DNA from: Elusimicrobiota bacterium
Lineage (GTDB): Bacteria; Elusimicrobiota; Elusimicrobia; UBA1565
NCBI GenBank assembly: GCA_043827405.1
Contig: JBDRPD010000087.1
Span: 32,001 to 96,000 of the forward strand
Direction: 5' to 3'
Length of the DNA stretch: 64,000 nt
This document shows positions 19,067 through 29,671 of the stretch, one piece after another. The notes beneath the pieces are model-generated. The model was not told the DNA's origin. It saw only the letters and a program-made list of their open reading frames with translations, and ran no database searches. Made by a program: the position numbers and the translations under genes. Positions within the stretch are counted from its first letter, which is position 1. Each line of letters opens with the position of its first letter.

Positions 19067-20028
19067 CCTACAAGAAGTCCGGAGTGGACATCGACAAGGC
19101 GGACTCGCTGGTAAGTTATCTAAAGAAGAAGGCGCCGTCGATCGGCGGCTTCGCCGGGCTTTACCCGCTGAAGCTCGACGGCAAGGGCCCGCACTGCCTT
19201 GTCGCCTCCACCGACGGAGTCGGCACCAAGCTGAAGGTCGCCCTGCTGATGCGGCGGCACCAGACCATCGGCATCGACCTTGTCGCCATGTGCGTCAACG
19301 ACCTGATCACCTGCGGCGCCAAGCCGCTGATTTTCCTCGACTACTACGCCACCGGCAAGCTCGACGTCAAGCGCTCGCAGGACATCTTCCAGGGCATCCT
19401 GAACGGCTGCCGGCAGTCGGGCGCCGCGCTTCTGGGCGGCGAAACCGCCGAGATGCCGGGCTGCTACCCCCGCGGCGAGTACGACCTCGCGGGCTTCGCC
19501 GTCGGCATCGTGAACAGCAAAGATGTTATCGACGGCAGCAAAATCTTTCCCGGCGACCTGCTCCTGGGCCTGCCGTCTAACGGCGTGCACTCCAACGGCT
19601 TTTCACTGGTGCGCCGGGTATTCAAGGGCCGGATGCTCAAAACGCTGGGGCGCAAGCTGCTGACGCCGACCAAGATCTACGTCGATGAAATCGCCTCTCT
19701 GCTGCAGGGCTTGCGCAAGGAGAAGCAGATCGTCCTCGGCATGGCGCATATCACCGGCGGCGGCCTGCCCGGCAACGTAGTGCGCATACTGCCCCGCCGG
19801 TGCCGCGCCGTGATCCGGACCGGCTCCTGGAAGACGCCCCGCATCTTCCAGGAAATCCAGCAGCGCGGACGCGTGCCGGATGCGGACATGTGGCGAACTT
19901 TTAATATGGGAATCGGCATGGTCATCGTGATCCGTCCCAACGCTTTGGAGCCGGCGCGCCGCATCCTGCCGCAGGCCAAACTGATCGGCGAGATCGTCGC
20001 AGGACGCCGGGAAGTCACCCTCAACTAA
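19060..20028 (+). CDS. purM: AIR synthase
   Basis: YKKSGVDI, TDGVGTK, AMCVND, GGETAEMP, HSNGFSL, HITGGG and FNMGIG motifs. Confidence 0.97.
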   Translation: MLTYKKSGVDIDKADSLVSYLKKKAPSIGGFAGLYPLKLDGKGPHCLVASTDGVGTKLKVALLMRRHQTIGIDLVAMCVNDLITCGAKPLIFLDYYATGKLDVKRSQDIFQGILNGCRQSGAALLGGETAEMPGCYPRGEYDLAGFAVGIVNSKDVIDGSKIFPGDLLLGLPSNGVHSNGFSLVRRVFKGRMLKTLGRKLLTPTKIYVDEIASLLQGLRKEKQIVLGMAHITGGGLPGNVVRILPRRCRAVIRTGSWKTPRIFQEIQQRGRVPDADMWRTFNMGIGMVIVIRPNALEPARRILPQAKLIGEIVAGRREVTLN

Positions 20029-20032
20029 TGCC

Positions 20033-20110
20033 GGTACCGGTTATTAACATTAACTTTTGGTTCGAATTATTTATGGATATGCTCAAAAGTTAATGTTAAT
20101 AACCGGTACC
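20033..20110. repeat. Perfect 27-bp inverted repeat with a 24-nt loop, AT-rich
   Basis: GGTACCGGTTATTAACATTAACTTTTG (20033-20059) and its exact reverse complement (20084-20110). Confidence 0.95.
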
Positions 20111-20129
20111 AAAGGCTAGGAGTTTAATT

Positions 20130-22316
20130 ATGCTTAAGATCGCGGTTTTCGCTTCCGGCGACGGCACCAATCTCCAGGCGCTCATTGACGCCTGCAAGAG
20201 CCGCCGCATCCCCGGGGAGATCGTACGGGTAATCTCTTCGCGCAAAGACGCGGGCGCCCTGCGGCGGGCCGCGGCGGCGGGGATCGAGCACCGCGCCATC
20301 CTGCCGGCGGACTTCGACTCCCCCGAAGCCTTCGACGCGGAGCTCGCCGCCGAGTGCCGGCGGGCGGACGCCGGCCTCATCTGCCTGGCGGGCTTCATGC
20401 GCAAGCTCCGCCGGCCGATGCTCGACGCCTACCCCGGACGCATCGTGAATATCCACCCCGCGCTGCTGCCGTCTTTCGGCGGCAAGGGGATGTATGGGCC
20501 GCGGGTCCACGAAGCCGTACTCAAATCCGGAGTGAAAATATCCGGCTGCACGGTGCACGCGGTTGATGAGCTCTACGACCATGGCGCGATCCTGGCGCAA
20601 ACCTCGGTACCGGTCCTATCCGACGATACGGCGGAGTCTTTGGCGGCGCGCGTACTGGTCCAGGAGCATTGGCTCTATCCCGAAGTGGTAAAGCTCTTCG
20701 CCGAGGACCGCGTCGAGATCGACGGCCCGCGCGCCGCGATCCGCCCGTCCCGCCACGAAGACTCGCCGCGCATCCGGCGCGCCATCCTTTCAGTCTCCGA
20801 TAAAGAGGGGCTCGTCGACTTCGCCAAGGGCCTGGAAGAGCTGGGCATCGAGATCGTCTCCACTTCCGGCACCGCCCGGGCTTTGCGCGAAGCCGGCGTA
20901 GAGGTGCGTTCGCTCGACTCCTTGACCGGCTTCCCGGAAATCCTCAGCGGCCGCGTAAAAACCCTGCATCCGAAAATTCACGGCGGCATCCTCCTGCGCC
21001 GGGGCGATCCGGAGCAGGCTCGGGAAGCGTCCATCCACGGACTCGAACCGATCGACCTGGTCGCCGTGAACCTTTATCCGTTCGCGAAAGCGGCCGCCAA
21101 GGCGAGCTCGCCCTACAGCCGGGAAGCGCTGGAGAATATCGATATCGGCGGCGTGACCCTGATCCGCGCCGCGGCCAAGAACTTTGAAGACGTCGCCGTG
21201 GTCGTTTCTCCGTCCGATTACGGCGCGCTGCTCAAGGAACTAGGCGACTCATCCTGCCAGCTCAGCCTCGAGTCGCGGCGGCGGCTGGCGCTGACCGCCT
21301 TCCGCCATACCGCGGGCTACGACGCCATGATCTCCACCGCCTGGGGCTCGGCGGACAAGAACGCGGGGCCGTTTCCCGACAAGCTCGAGGTCGGCCTGCG
21401 GCGGGTGCAGACCCTGCGCTACGGCGAGAACCCGCACCAGAAAGCCGCGCTTTACGTGCGGGAGGAAAAAGGCGAGCCCTCTTATACCCAGCTGCAGGGC
21501 AAGGAGCTCTCCTACAACAACCTGCTCGACGCCTTCGGCACCTGGGACGCGGTAAATGAATTTCAGGAACCGGCGGCGGTGATCTTTAAGCATGTGACGC
21601 CGTCCGGCATCGGCACGGCACCGGCCCTGCTGGAAGCCTTCGACCGCGCCTGGGCTTCGGACCCCCTAAGCGCCTTCGGCGGCATCCTCGCCGTCAACCA
21701 GCGTTTCACCCGGGACATCGCCGAGCGCCTCGCCAAGCGCTTCATGGAAGTGATCGTCGCGCCCGAGTTCGCGCCGGAGGCGCTCGAGCTGCTGGAAAAA
21801 AAGAAGAACCTGCGCCTGCTGGTCATGAAGAATCCTCCGACGCGCACGCACCTGCTGCGCTCGCTGGGCGATGAGGTGCTGGTAACCGAGCCCGACCGCA
21901 TGACGTTCGGCGGCGACCTCAAGGTCGCGACCAAGCGCCGGCCGACGAAAGACGAGGAGGCGGCCCTGCGCTTTGCCTGGATCGTCTGCAAGCATGTGCG
22001 CTCCAACGCCATCGTGCTGGCCGATCCCAACGGCACCGTGGGCATCGGAGCGGGGCAGATGTCGCGCGTCGACTCGGTGCATATGGCGGGAGTCAAGTTC
22101 GCGGAGTACAAGAAGGATTACGGCGCGCCCAAGACCCTCGTAATGGCTTCGGACGCTTTCTTCCCCTTTCGCGACGGCATTGACGCCGCCTGCCGCTACG
22201 GCATCACGGCGGTGATCCAGCCGGGAGGCTCCATCCGCGACGAGGATGTGATCAAGGCGGCCGATGAGCATGCTCTGGCCATGGTCTTCACCGGCATGCG
22301 GCATTTCCGGCACTAA
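20130..22316 (+). CDS. purH: PurN-PurH fusion (GAR transformylase + IMP cyclohydrolase/AICAR transformylase)
   Basis: N-terminal [21 protein letters not shown] (PurN); then [32 protein letters not shown] (PurH) in one frame. Confidence 0.95.
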   Translation: MLKIAVFASGDGTNLQALIDACKSRRIPGEIVRVISSRKDAGALRRAAAAGIEHRAILPADFDSPEAFDAELAAECRRADAGLICLAGFMRKLRRPMLDAYPGRIVNIHPALLPSFGGKGMYGPRVHEAVLKSGVKISGCTVHAVDELYDHGAILAQTSVPVLSDDTAESLAARVLVQEHWLYPEVVKLFAEDRVEIDGPRAAIRPSRHEDSPRIRRAILSVSDKEGLVDFAKGLEELGIEIVSTSGTARALREAGVEVRSLDSLTGFPEILSGRVKTLHPKIHGGILLRRGDPEQAREASIHGLEPIDLVAVNLYPFAKAAAKASSPYSREALENIDIGGVTLIRAAAKNFEDVAVVVSPSDYGALLKELGDSSCQLSLESRRRLALTAFRHTAGYDAMISTAWGSADKNAGPFPDKLEVGLRRVQTLRYGENPHQKAALYVREEKGEPSYTQLQGKELSYNNLLDAFGTWDAVNEFQEPAAVIFKHVTPSGIGTAPALLEAFDRAWASDPLSAFGGILAVNQRFTRDIAERLAKRFMEVIVAPEFAPEALELLEKKKNLRLLVMKNPPTRTHLLRSLGDEVLVTEPDRMTFGGDLKVATKRRPTKDEEAALRFAWIVCKHVRSNAIVLADPNGTVGIGAGQMSRVDSVHMAGVKFAEYKKDYGAPKTLVMASDAFFPFRDGIDAACRYGITAVIQPGGSIRDEDVIKAADEHALAMVFTGMRHFRH

Positions 22317-22353
22317 CTGACACCAAGCCGCTTGGCGGATTTCCACCGGGGCT

Positions 22354-24180
22354 TCAGGACCGCGGGTCTTCGGCGAATACTTCGAGCGCCTGCGGCGTCA
22401 CGGCGCCGAAAAACCGCGCGAAATACCGGGACGCGGCGCGACGGCGCGACGCCAGGTCCGCGAGCGTCAGAGCGGATATCTCCTCGAGCGCGGCGCGCAG
22501 CTCCGCGGGCGTGCGGGCGATCCATTTCAAATCCGTAAACCCCGGCAGCGGATCGGTGCGCAAAAACGTCGTCAAGTCCAGAAACACGACCGGCAGCCCC
22601 TGGCGCGCCGCCTCCACCCCCGCGGTCGAGGAGGCGAAAAGGACGGTATCCGCCCAGTCCAGGCATTCCTGAAGGCTCATTTCTGACGCTATCCGGTACG
22701 GAAAACCGACAGATGAACGCACAGCGCGGCTCAAAGATAGGGGGTTCGACGGATGCGGCCGCACAAGAAGCTCGGGGGCGCCGGCGGCGAAAGTGCGGTC
22801 GAGCAAATCGAACACCTGTGGGGGTTCGCTCGGTTTTGTCGCGAGGGCCACCAGCAGCCTCTCGCCTTTCGGCGTTCTCTCTTTTGGGGCGGCGTTTGCC
22901 GGCAGCATGCGCAGCGCGCAGCTGCGGCGCAGGAGCCGCGCGGGGAAGTTCCCGCGCTCAAGCAGGTGGTGCGAGACCGCGCCGTTTGTAATGATCCGGT
23001 CGGGTAGGGGAAGGTCTCGCTCTTCGCCGCGGCCGAGGAGCAGGTTAAGGTGATAATCGGTCAGGGTAGAGTGCTGATAGCCGATCACCGCCGGACGATC
23101 AACGGCGGCGCGGGCGGCGAGTGTGATCATGCGCCCCCAGGTATGATTCTCGTAAGGCAAGAAGATGCGGTCAGCGGCGAGCGCTTTCAACAGCGCGTCC
23201 ATGCATTCATAGTGCCACATATCATAAAACAGGCTGCTGTTACGGGCGTTCGCCGCCAGCTCTTCGGTGATGAACGGCGCCGCATCGAGCCCGCAGAATG
23301 ATTGATCGCCGACTACGGGAAAAGCAAAATAGCGCCGCTTGAGGGCGCGGCCCAATAGGCGCAGCAAGGCCGCAAAACCGAGGAAAGTATCGATGGGAAT
23401 CACCGGAGACTCGGGGTCCGGTGCGGCGATGCGCGACAGACTGCGCCGAAAATCATGCGTGATCCAGCCGATCGTGAGCGGCGCGAGCCCGCGCTCGGAT
23501 AAGTATCGACGGAGCTCGCCGAAATAGGTGTCCCGATAGCGACCGCTGTTGTCGAAGGACTGGTGGTTGATTAGGGTGGCGATAACCGAATAGCGGATCG
23601 AGGGATCGGGCCTGAAACGCATCGCCATCCGCACCCGCAGCAACCTCCAGGCCGCGCGGAAAAAACCCACCATCGGTCCGCCGGGAAGAATGCGGTTGAG
23701 GCGGGCCTTTAGCGGCTCCTGCAGGCGCGTCGTTCCGAAAACGCGAACGCCCCGATCTTCCCCCCACCGCTTCAACTGGGCCAGCAGCAGAGGGTCGGCG
23801 CAGGCGATAATCAGCGTTCCCCCTTGCTCCCTTAAGGCCAGCCCGGTTAGCAGAGAAAGACGGAAACAGCGTTCCGGCAGTAGCCCGAACGCCGGATTCT
23901 TGTCGGGCAGGCGAAATCCCCACCAGGTACGGCTGGCGTTGGCCCTGCCGAGGGCGGCCACAAACTCGGCGTACTCTTGGGGGAAATCCACGGCGCGCTC
24001 CGCCGCTAGGGAATGGGCGTCCAGTTCACGCGCCTCGGGCAGGTGGTGGAGGCGGGAACGCAGCGCCGCCGCCGCCGCTCCCTTGTCAAGGATGAGAAGG
24101 CGGGCCGGCCGCGCTCTCAAGACCTCGCTTGGCACGCGGCCGTCTATCGGGTCGAAGAAGTGAATCTCAGGTGGGGGCAT
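22354..24180 (-). CDS. Hypothetical surface-carbohydrate/glycosyltransferase-like protein
   Basis: Long ORF with YEN..W, GYQH, LPDRI, VRPHP and SSTAGVEA..G.PV motifs typical of GT-B capsule proteins; start 24180 (alternative 24189). Confidence 0.55.
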   Translation of the reverse strand: MPPPEIHFFDPIDGRVPSEVLRARPARLLILDKGAAAAALRSRLHHLPEARELDAHSLAAERAVDFPQEYAEFVAALGRANASRTWWGFRLPDKNPAFGLLPERCFRLSLLTGLALREQGGTLIIACADPLLLAQLKRWGEDRGVRVFGTTRLQEPLKARLNRILPGGPMVGFFRAAWRLLRVRMAMRFRPDPSIRYSVIATLINHQSFDNSGRYRDTYFGELRRYLSERGLAPLTIGWITHDFRRSLSRIAAPDPESPVIPIDTFLGFAALLRLLGRALKRRYFAFPVVGDQSFCGLDAAPFITEELAANARNSSLFYDMWHYECMDALLKALAADRIFLPYENHTWGRMITLAARAAVDRPAVIGYQHSTLTDYHLNLLLGRGEERDLPLPDRIITNGAVSHHLLERGNFPARLLRRSCALRMLPANAAPKERTPKGERLLVALATKPSEPPQVFDLLDRTFAAGAPELLVRPHPSNPLSLSRAVRSSVGFPYRIASEMSLQECLDWADTVLFASSTAGVEAARQGLPVVFLDLTTFLRTDPLPGFTDLKWIARTPAELRAALEEISALTLADLASRRRAASRYFARFFGAVTPQALEVFAEDPRS

Positions 24181-24268
24181 GACATACATTCTAGCAAGCC
24201 CCTAGGTCCTATGCCCGGCGGGACCATCGCCCCTGGTTGACCGGACCCGCGGCCGCTACCTTTGTAGT

Positions 24269-26254
24269 ATGCGCATCTCCAAGCTGGCCGTCCTGGCGCT
24301 GAGCGCGGCGCTTGCCGCCTTCGGCGCCCGGCCCGCCGCCGCTGATGAACGGCCGCCCGACCGGCCGGCCTCATACCACATCTATCTGCATGTACCCCCC
24401 CTCCCGGACGCCTCCAAAGAGGACCAGCAGGCCCGACGCCAAGCCGTCGAGGTGCGGCTGACGGCCATTGTGGACGGGGGCGCCCTTGGCGACCGCATCG
24501 AGCAGACGCTCGACGGCCAATGGATCGTCCGCTGGAGCGCAAAGACATGGACCCCTCGCGACGCCGGCGCGCGTATCGCCCGGGCGAAAGCGGCCTTCGC
24601 TCCGGCCGAGAAGGTCTCGATCGCGCTCGTCCCGGTAGAGCACCAGACCGTCGAGGTGCGGGACCCGGCCGAGATCGAGCAGCGCCTGCGAACCGATACC
24701 GGCGCGGTCCACGAATGGTACCGGGAACGCTTCGGACCGTCCTTCCCGCGCGAGCTCCTGGTCTCCGCGGACGGCGGGGCCGTCTTCGATTTTTCCGCCG
24801 TCCGGCAGGACGCCCCCGGCCTCGACTCGGCCGGGGTCTTGTTCGACGCCACCGGGCGCCCGCGAGACGCCGCGGCCGTTACCGAACGCATCCGTCTCGC
24901 CCGGGCGAAGCCCGGCGCCCAATCCGGCGTGAACTCCCGGATCAAGGAGCCCCCCGCGCCGCCGAAGTTCGACGGCGCGGTCATCGCCGCGGCCGAAGAC
25001 GCCGAGACGCAGGACGCCTTAAGGGCCCTGATCTACGCCTCGCGGGGCTACGAAAACGGTTTTGGGAAGGGCAGCGGCCTCCACGGACCGATGGGATTAA
25101 GCAACGCGACTTTCCAATGGGCGCAAAAGGAGGCCGGCGCCGAGCAGAAGAAGATCCTGGAGCAGGGCATCGACGACGATCGGGCCAACATCCTCGCGGG
25201 CGCCATCGTCTTCGACCGCCTGAAGACGCAGTTCGGAGGCAATACCAGCCGCGCCGTCGCGGCGTTCCACGTCGGCGCGGGCAATGTCCGCAAGCATGGC
25301 GGCATCCCTGCCGACGCGCAGCACTACCTCGCCCGCTTTCATTTGGCCCACCAGCAGGGCATACGCCGAGCATTGGATCCGGCCTCGCCGAAAGCCGCGC
25401 GCAAGAAGGTTGTCGCGGAGAAGCCCGTTTCCCCCATCGGAGCCATTCTCCGCCGCATCCGGGAGGAAGCCACCGCCCTCCTCCGGGGCGAGCCGCCCAC
25501 CGGCCGCCGGGACTCATTCAAGAACGTCCCCAAGAGCCTGGTCGAGGACATCTGGGAGGAAGCCACCAGCGGAAAGTGGCAGACCGACCCCAATGCCCTG
25601 ATCGCGCTGTCGGAAGCCGAGGGCGGCGTCAACGCCGGGACCTCGCACGCGAACGCCCGCGGCGTCCTGCAGATCACGCCGGAGACCGCGCTCTGGGAGT
25701 GCGGGCTGTCGCGCGCGGAGCTGGCCGACCGGGCAAAGAACATCGCCTGCGCCGAGAAGGTCTTCGCGCGCCGGCTAAAAAATGCGGACGGGGACATCGT
25801 CCTTGCCTGGGCGCTCTACAACACCAAGGTCAAGTGGCACCGGCAGATGATCGCGGAGAAGCGCGTCGCCAATATCAAGGAGACCGTCCGCCACGTAACC
25901 CGCGCCGCCTACCGCTACTACCAGCTCACCGGAAACCCGGCGTTTGACCCCGGCTCACGGGCCTTCCGTGAGAAGTACTTTAAAACCGTCCAAGCCCTGC
26001 GCTGGTCGGCGGAGTCCTACCTCGACATCCAGCGGTGGGACCGCAACGAAGGCTACAAGGGCGAGATCCGCTACGCCGAAAAAGTTCCGGCGCTGGAAGG
26101 GACTCTCGCCGCGGGTCCAAACAGCGCGCCCGGCCGCTGGCGCCGCAACAGCACCGGGACGCACTGGTACCGCAGCTCGCGCGCCCAGGGGCAGCGCTGG
26201 GACGTCTACCCCTACCGCGACCAGAACGGCCGCGTGACCGACCCGCCTGTTTAA
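24269..26254 (+). CDS. Secreted protein with two lytic transglycosylase (SLT)-like domains
   Basis: Signal peptide; NILAGA..AVAAFHVGAGNV..GGIP and EAEGG..ARGVLQI..NIACA..ALYN..ETV motif sets. Confidence 0.75.
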   Translation: MRISKLAVLALSAALAAFGARPAAADERPPDRPASYHIYLHVPPLPDASKEDQQARRQAVEVRLTAIVDGGALGDRIEQTLDGQWIVRWSAKTWTPRDAGARIARAKAAFAPAEKVSIALVPVEHQTVEVRDPAEIEQRLRTDTGAVHEWYRERFGPSFPRELLVSADGGAVFDFSAVRQDAPGLDSAGVLFDATGRPRDAAAVTERIRLARAKPGAQSGVNSRIKEPPAPPKFDGAVIAAAEDAETQDALRALIYASRGYENGFGKGSGLHGPMGLSNATFQWAQKEAGAEQKKILEQGIDDDRANILAGAIVFDRLKTQFGGNTSRAVAAFHVGAGNVRKHGGIPADAQHYLARFHLAHQQGIRRALDPASPKAARKKVVAEKPVSPIGAILRRIREEATALLRGEPPTGRRDSFKNVPKSLVEDIWEEATSGKWQTDPNALIALSEAEGGVNAGTSHANARGVLQITPETALWECGLSRAELADRAKNIACAEKVFARRLKNADGDIVLAWALYNTKVKWHRQMIAEKRVANIKETVRHVTRAAYRYYQLTGNPAFDPGSRAFREKYFKTVQALRWSAESYLDIQRWDRNEGYKGEIRYAEKVPALEGTLAAGPNSAPGRWRRNSTGTHWYRSSRAQGQRWDVYPYRDQNGRVTDPPV

Positions 26255-26284
26255 CGGCTCAAGAAGAAGCTCCTGCGGGGCGAA

Positions 26285-27745
26285 CTAGCTCTCCGGGCGC
26301 CGCCATGAGCGTTCGTCGCCCATAAGCTTGTCGGCCTCTTCCGGCCCCCAGCATCCCGCCGGATAGAGGCCGGGCGCCGCGTCGTCCTCTTGGAGCAGTG
26401 GATCGAAAAAAGCCCAGGTATCGCGAACCGCGTCATCGCGGATGAAGAGCGTCTGATCTCCCAGCATGGCGTCCAGCAGCAGCCGGTGGTATGCTTCCGG
26501 CGGGTCCGCGCCGAAAATTTCTCTATAGTGGACATCCATCGTCAGCGAGCCCAGACAGAGCTTCGGTCCGGGCTTCTTCGCCTCGAGAGTCAGGGAAATG
26601 CCTTCGTCCGGCTGGATGCGGAAGGTTAAAACGTTCGCCGCCAAATCTTCGGGAGTCAGGCCGGGAATGATCGAGTGCGGAACACTTTTGAACACGACCG
26701 CGATCTCGGCGACCCGGCGGGCGAGCTTTTTCCCGGAACGCAGGAATATGGGAACTCCCTTCCAGCGCCAGTTGTCTATCTCCAGGCGCATCGCGGCATA
26801 GGTCGGCGTCCGCGAACCTTCCGCGACGCCCGGCTCTCGCGCATAACCCGCGTACTGACCGAGCACGACATGCTCGGCGCGCGCCCGCTTATCCAACGGC
26901 AGGAGCGACTGGAAAACCTTGGCCTTCTCATTGCGTATCGCATCGGCGCCGAACCCCGACGGGGGCTCCATGGCGGTCAGGGCAAGAAGCTGCGTCATAT
27001 GGTTCTGAAACATATCGCGCAGGACGCCCGACGAGTCGTAATAGCCCGCCCGGCTCTCGACCCCGAGGCTTTCAAGGACCGAGATTTGGATATGGTCCAC
27101 ATGCTCACGGTTCCATACCGGCTCGAATATGGAGTTGGCGAAACGAAACATCATAATGTTCTGAACCGTCTCTTTCCCCAAGTAGTGGTCGATGCGGTAT
27201 ATCTGCTCCTCGCGTAAAAACTTCCCGATCTCGCCGCTCAGGCTGCGGGCGCTCTCGAGATCACGGCCGAATGGTTTTTCCACGACCACGCGGGAACGGC
27301 CCTTCCCGCCGACCCCTTCCAGCAGGCCGGCCTCGGCCAACCGGCGCGGGATGACGGGATAAAGCGCGGGCGGGACGGCCAGATAGTAGACCACGTTGCC
27401 CGCGGAGCCGAATTTCCGGTCCAGCTCTTCGAGCTTCGACTTCAGCGAGGCGTAGGTGGCCGGATCGTCGTAGGAGCCGCTGAGATAATAAAGGGCGTTA
27501 AGGCCGGGGGCGCGCGAACGGAAGGCCTCATCGCTGAGACTGCTGCGGGCGATGCCGAGCGCGTAGAAGCCTTGCGGCAGGAGCTTTCCTTTTTGCAGAG
27601 AAAGCAGCGCCGGCAGCAGTTTACGCGCGGCAAGATCGCCGGAGGCGCCGAAGATGACAAGTCCGCAGGGCTCCGGCCGCGTCTCGACGCAGAGGCGCTC
27701 TCTGACGCGGATGCGGGAGCGGGACTCCTTTTCCGCTTCGTTCAA
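26285..27745 (-). CDS. zwf: Glucose-6-phosphate dehydrogenase
   Basis: GASGDLA, EKPFG, RIDHYLGKE and DMFQNH motifs. Confidence 0.98.
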   Translation of the reverse strand: MNEAEKESRSRIRVRERLCVETRPEPCGLVIFGASGDLAARKLLPALLSLQKGKLLPQGFYALGIARSSLSDEAFRSRAPGLNALYYLSGSYDDPATYASLKSKLEELDRKFGSAGNVVYYLAVPPALYPVIPRRLAEAGLLEGVGGKGRSRVVVEKPFGRDLESARSLSGEIGKFLREEQIYRIDHYLGKETVQNIMMFRFANSIFEPVWNREHVDHIQISVLESLGVESRAGYYDSSGVLRDMFQNHMTQLLALTAMEPPSGFGADAIRNEKAKVFQSLLPLDKRARAEHVVLGQYAGYAREPGVAEGSRTPTYAAMRLEIDNWRWKGVPIFLRSGKKLARRVAEIAVVFKSVPHSIIPGLTPEDLAANVLTFRIQPDEGISLTLEAKKPGPKLCLGSLTMDVHYREIFGADPPEAYHRLLLDAMLGDQTLFIRDDAVRDTWAFFDPLLQEDDAAPGLYPAGCWGPEEADKLMGDERSWRRPES

Positions 27746-28647
27746 GTCCGCCCCTTCCGGCGGACCGCGTGGCCGCCGAACTCGCCGCGCAGCGCAGACA
27801 AGAGCTTGTCCGAGAATGCGTCCTTTTGGCGGGAACGGAAGCGGCGGAAAAGGGCAAGCGCGATCGTCGGCACGGGCACGGCCGCCTCCACCGCCTCCTG
27901 GACGGTCCAGCGGCCCTCGCCCGAATCCGGCACGTAGCCCGCGACCGATTTCAGCTCCGGGTCTTTTTGCAGCGCGCTCTCGATGAGCTCCAGCAGCCAG
28001 GAGCGCACGACGCTCCCCCGGTTCCAGAGGCCGGCGATTCGGCGGAGATCCATTTTCGCCGGATGGGAGCGCAGGAGCTCAAAGCCCTCGGCGTAGGCCT
28101 GCATGAGCGCATATTCGATACCGTTGTGGATCATTTTGACGAAATGCCCGGTTCCGGCCGGACCGACATGCGCATAGCCGTTCTTGGGCGCCAAGGTCTT
28201 GAACACCGGCTCAAGCGTCCTGAAGGCGCGCCGCTCGCCGCCGATCATGAGGCAGTACCCCTCTTTGAGCCCCCATATGCCGCCGCTCACCCCCGCGTCG
28301 AGGTAATGGATTCCTTGGCGGCCGAGAACACGCACATGCTCGGCGTCGTCTTTGTATAGGGAGTTCCCTCCGTCCACGACGATATCCCCCTTATCGAGAA
28401 GCGCGGAAAGCTCGCGGACCGCCGCCCGAACGGGCTCGCCGGCCGGGATCATGAGCCATACCGATCTCGGCGCCTTGAGCTTGGCCACAGCTTCCTTGAT
28501 GGTCCGGGCTCGCGATGCGCCGAAGCGAACCGCGGCGGTCACGGCCTTCCCGTCGCGATCGCATCCCACGACCTGATGCCCGCCTTTAATGAGGCGGCGC
28601 GTCATGTTTAAGCCCATCTTGCCCAACCCGATCATCGCTATGCGCAT
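27742..28647 (-). CDS. gnd: 6-phosphogluconate dehydrogenase, decarboxylating, short type
   Basis: GLGKMG, DGGNS, VSGG, KMIHNGIEY, DSGEGRW and FGGH motifs. Confidence 0.96.
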   Translation of the reverse strand: MRIAMIGLGKMGLNMTRRLIKGGHQVVGCDRDGKAVTAAVRFGASRARTIKEAVAKLKAPRSVWLMIPAGEPVRAAVRELSALLDKGDIVVDGGNSLYKDDAEHVRVLGRQGIHYLDAGVSGGIWGLKEGYCLMIGGERRAFRTLEPVFKTLAPKNGYAHVGPAGTGHFVKMIHNGIEYALMQAYAEGFELLRSHPAKMDLRRIAGLWNRGSVVRSWLLELIESALQKDPELKSVAGYVPDSGEGRWTVQEAVEAAVPVPTIALALFRRFRSRQKDAFSDKLLSALRGEFGGHAVRRKGRT

Positions 28648-28729
28648 AAAATCCCCCTGCCAGTGCCGACTGACAATCAGTTTCCCATACTACCTGGGTA
28701 TAAGTGAAGCGCCGCGGCCGCGGCGCTCC

Positions 28730-29671
28730 TCACGCCAAGCCGCGCAGACAGGCCTGCGCGATGTGTTCGCTGGACAGTCCGTGTTTTCGGTACAGTTCGG
28801 CGCCGTCCGCGGATTCCCCGAAGTCGCGGACGCCGAGGCGCACAACGGGACAGGCCGCGCCCTGTTCAGCCAGCGCCTCGCTGACGGCGCTGCCGAGGCC
28901 GCCGATGACGTTGTGGTCCTCGACGGTGACGATGCGGCCGCTTTCCGCCGCCGCCGCCGCCACGGCGCCGCCGTCGAACGGCGCGATGGTCGCGGCGTTG
29001 ACGACGCGGACCGCGGTTCCTTGACGCTCGAGTTCGCGCGCCGCGGCGAGCGCTTCGCCGACCGTCCCGCCGGAGGCGAATATCGTCGCCTGCAGGGGAG
29101 CGCCGCCGCGCCGGGGCTCGAACAGGGTATCGGCAACGCCGACCTTGAACACGTAGTCGCGCGCATGGACATCGTCCATCTTTTGCCGCGTCAGACGGAT
29201 ATAGACCGGCCCGGGGTACGTGATCATCCACTCGACCGCCTGCTGCGTCTCCCGGTCGTCGGCGGGCTGCAGGATGGTGACATGCGGGAGCGAGCGCATC
29301 GCGCCCAAGTCCTCCAAACCCATCTGTGAGGCCCCGTCCTCGCCGATGCCGATGCCCGCATGCGTACCGACGAGCTTGACGTCGGCGCGGTTGTAGGCGA
29401 CGGCGACCCGGATCGTCTCCAAGCGGCCGACGAGGAAGCAGGCGAAGCTCGTCGCCACCGCGGTCTTGCCGCACAGCGCCAGTCCCGCCGCGGCGCCGAT
29501 CATGTTCTGCTCGGCGATGCCGAACTCGAAGTGCCGGTCGGGGAATTCCTTTTGAAAATCGACGGTCATGGTCGATTTAGCCAAGTCGGCGTCGAGGACG
29601 ACGAGGTTCTTGTGCTTGCGTCCGAGCCGCGCCAATGCTTCGCCGAAGGAGCTGCGCGTCGCCCTACCCAT
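28730..29671 (-). CDS. tkt: Transketolase C-terminal subunit
   Basis: DADLAKST, GIAEQNM, GEDGASQ and EDHNVIGGLG motifs. Confidence 0.92.
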   Translation of the reverse strand: MGRATRSSFGEALARLGRKHKNLVVLDADLAKSTMTVDFQKEFPDRHFEFGIAEQNMIGAAAGLALCGKTAVATSFACFLVGRLETIRVAVAYNRADVKLVGTHAGIGIGEDGASQMGLEDLGAMRSLPHVTILQPADDRETQQAVEWMITYPGPVYIRLTRQKMDDVHARDYVFKVGVADTLFEPRRGGAPLQATIFASGGTVGEALAAARELERQGTAVRVVNAATIAPFDGGAVAAAAAESGRIVTVEDHNVIGGLGSAVSEALAEQGAACPVVRLGVRDFGESADGAELYRKHGLSSEHIAQACLRGLA

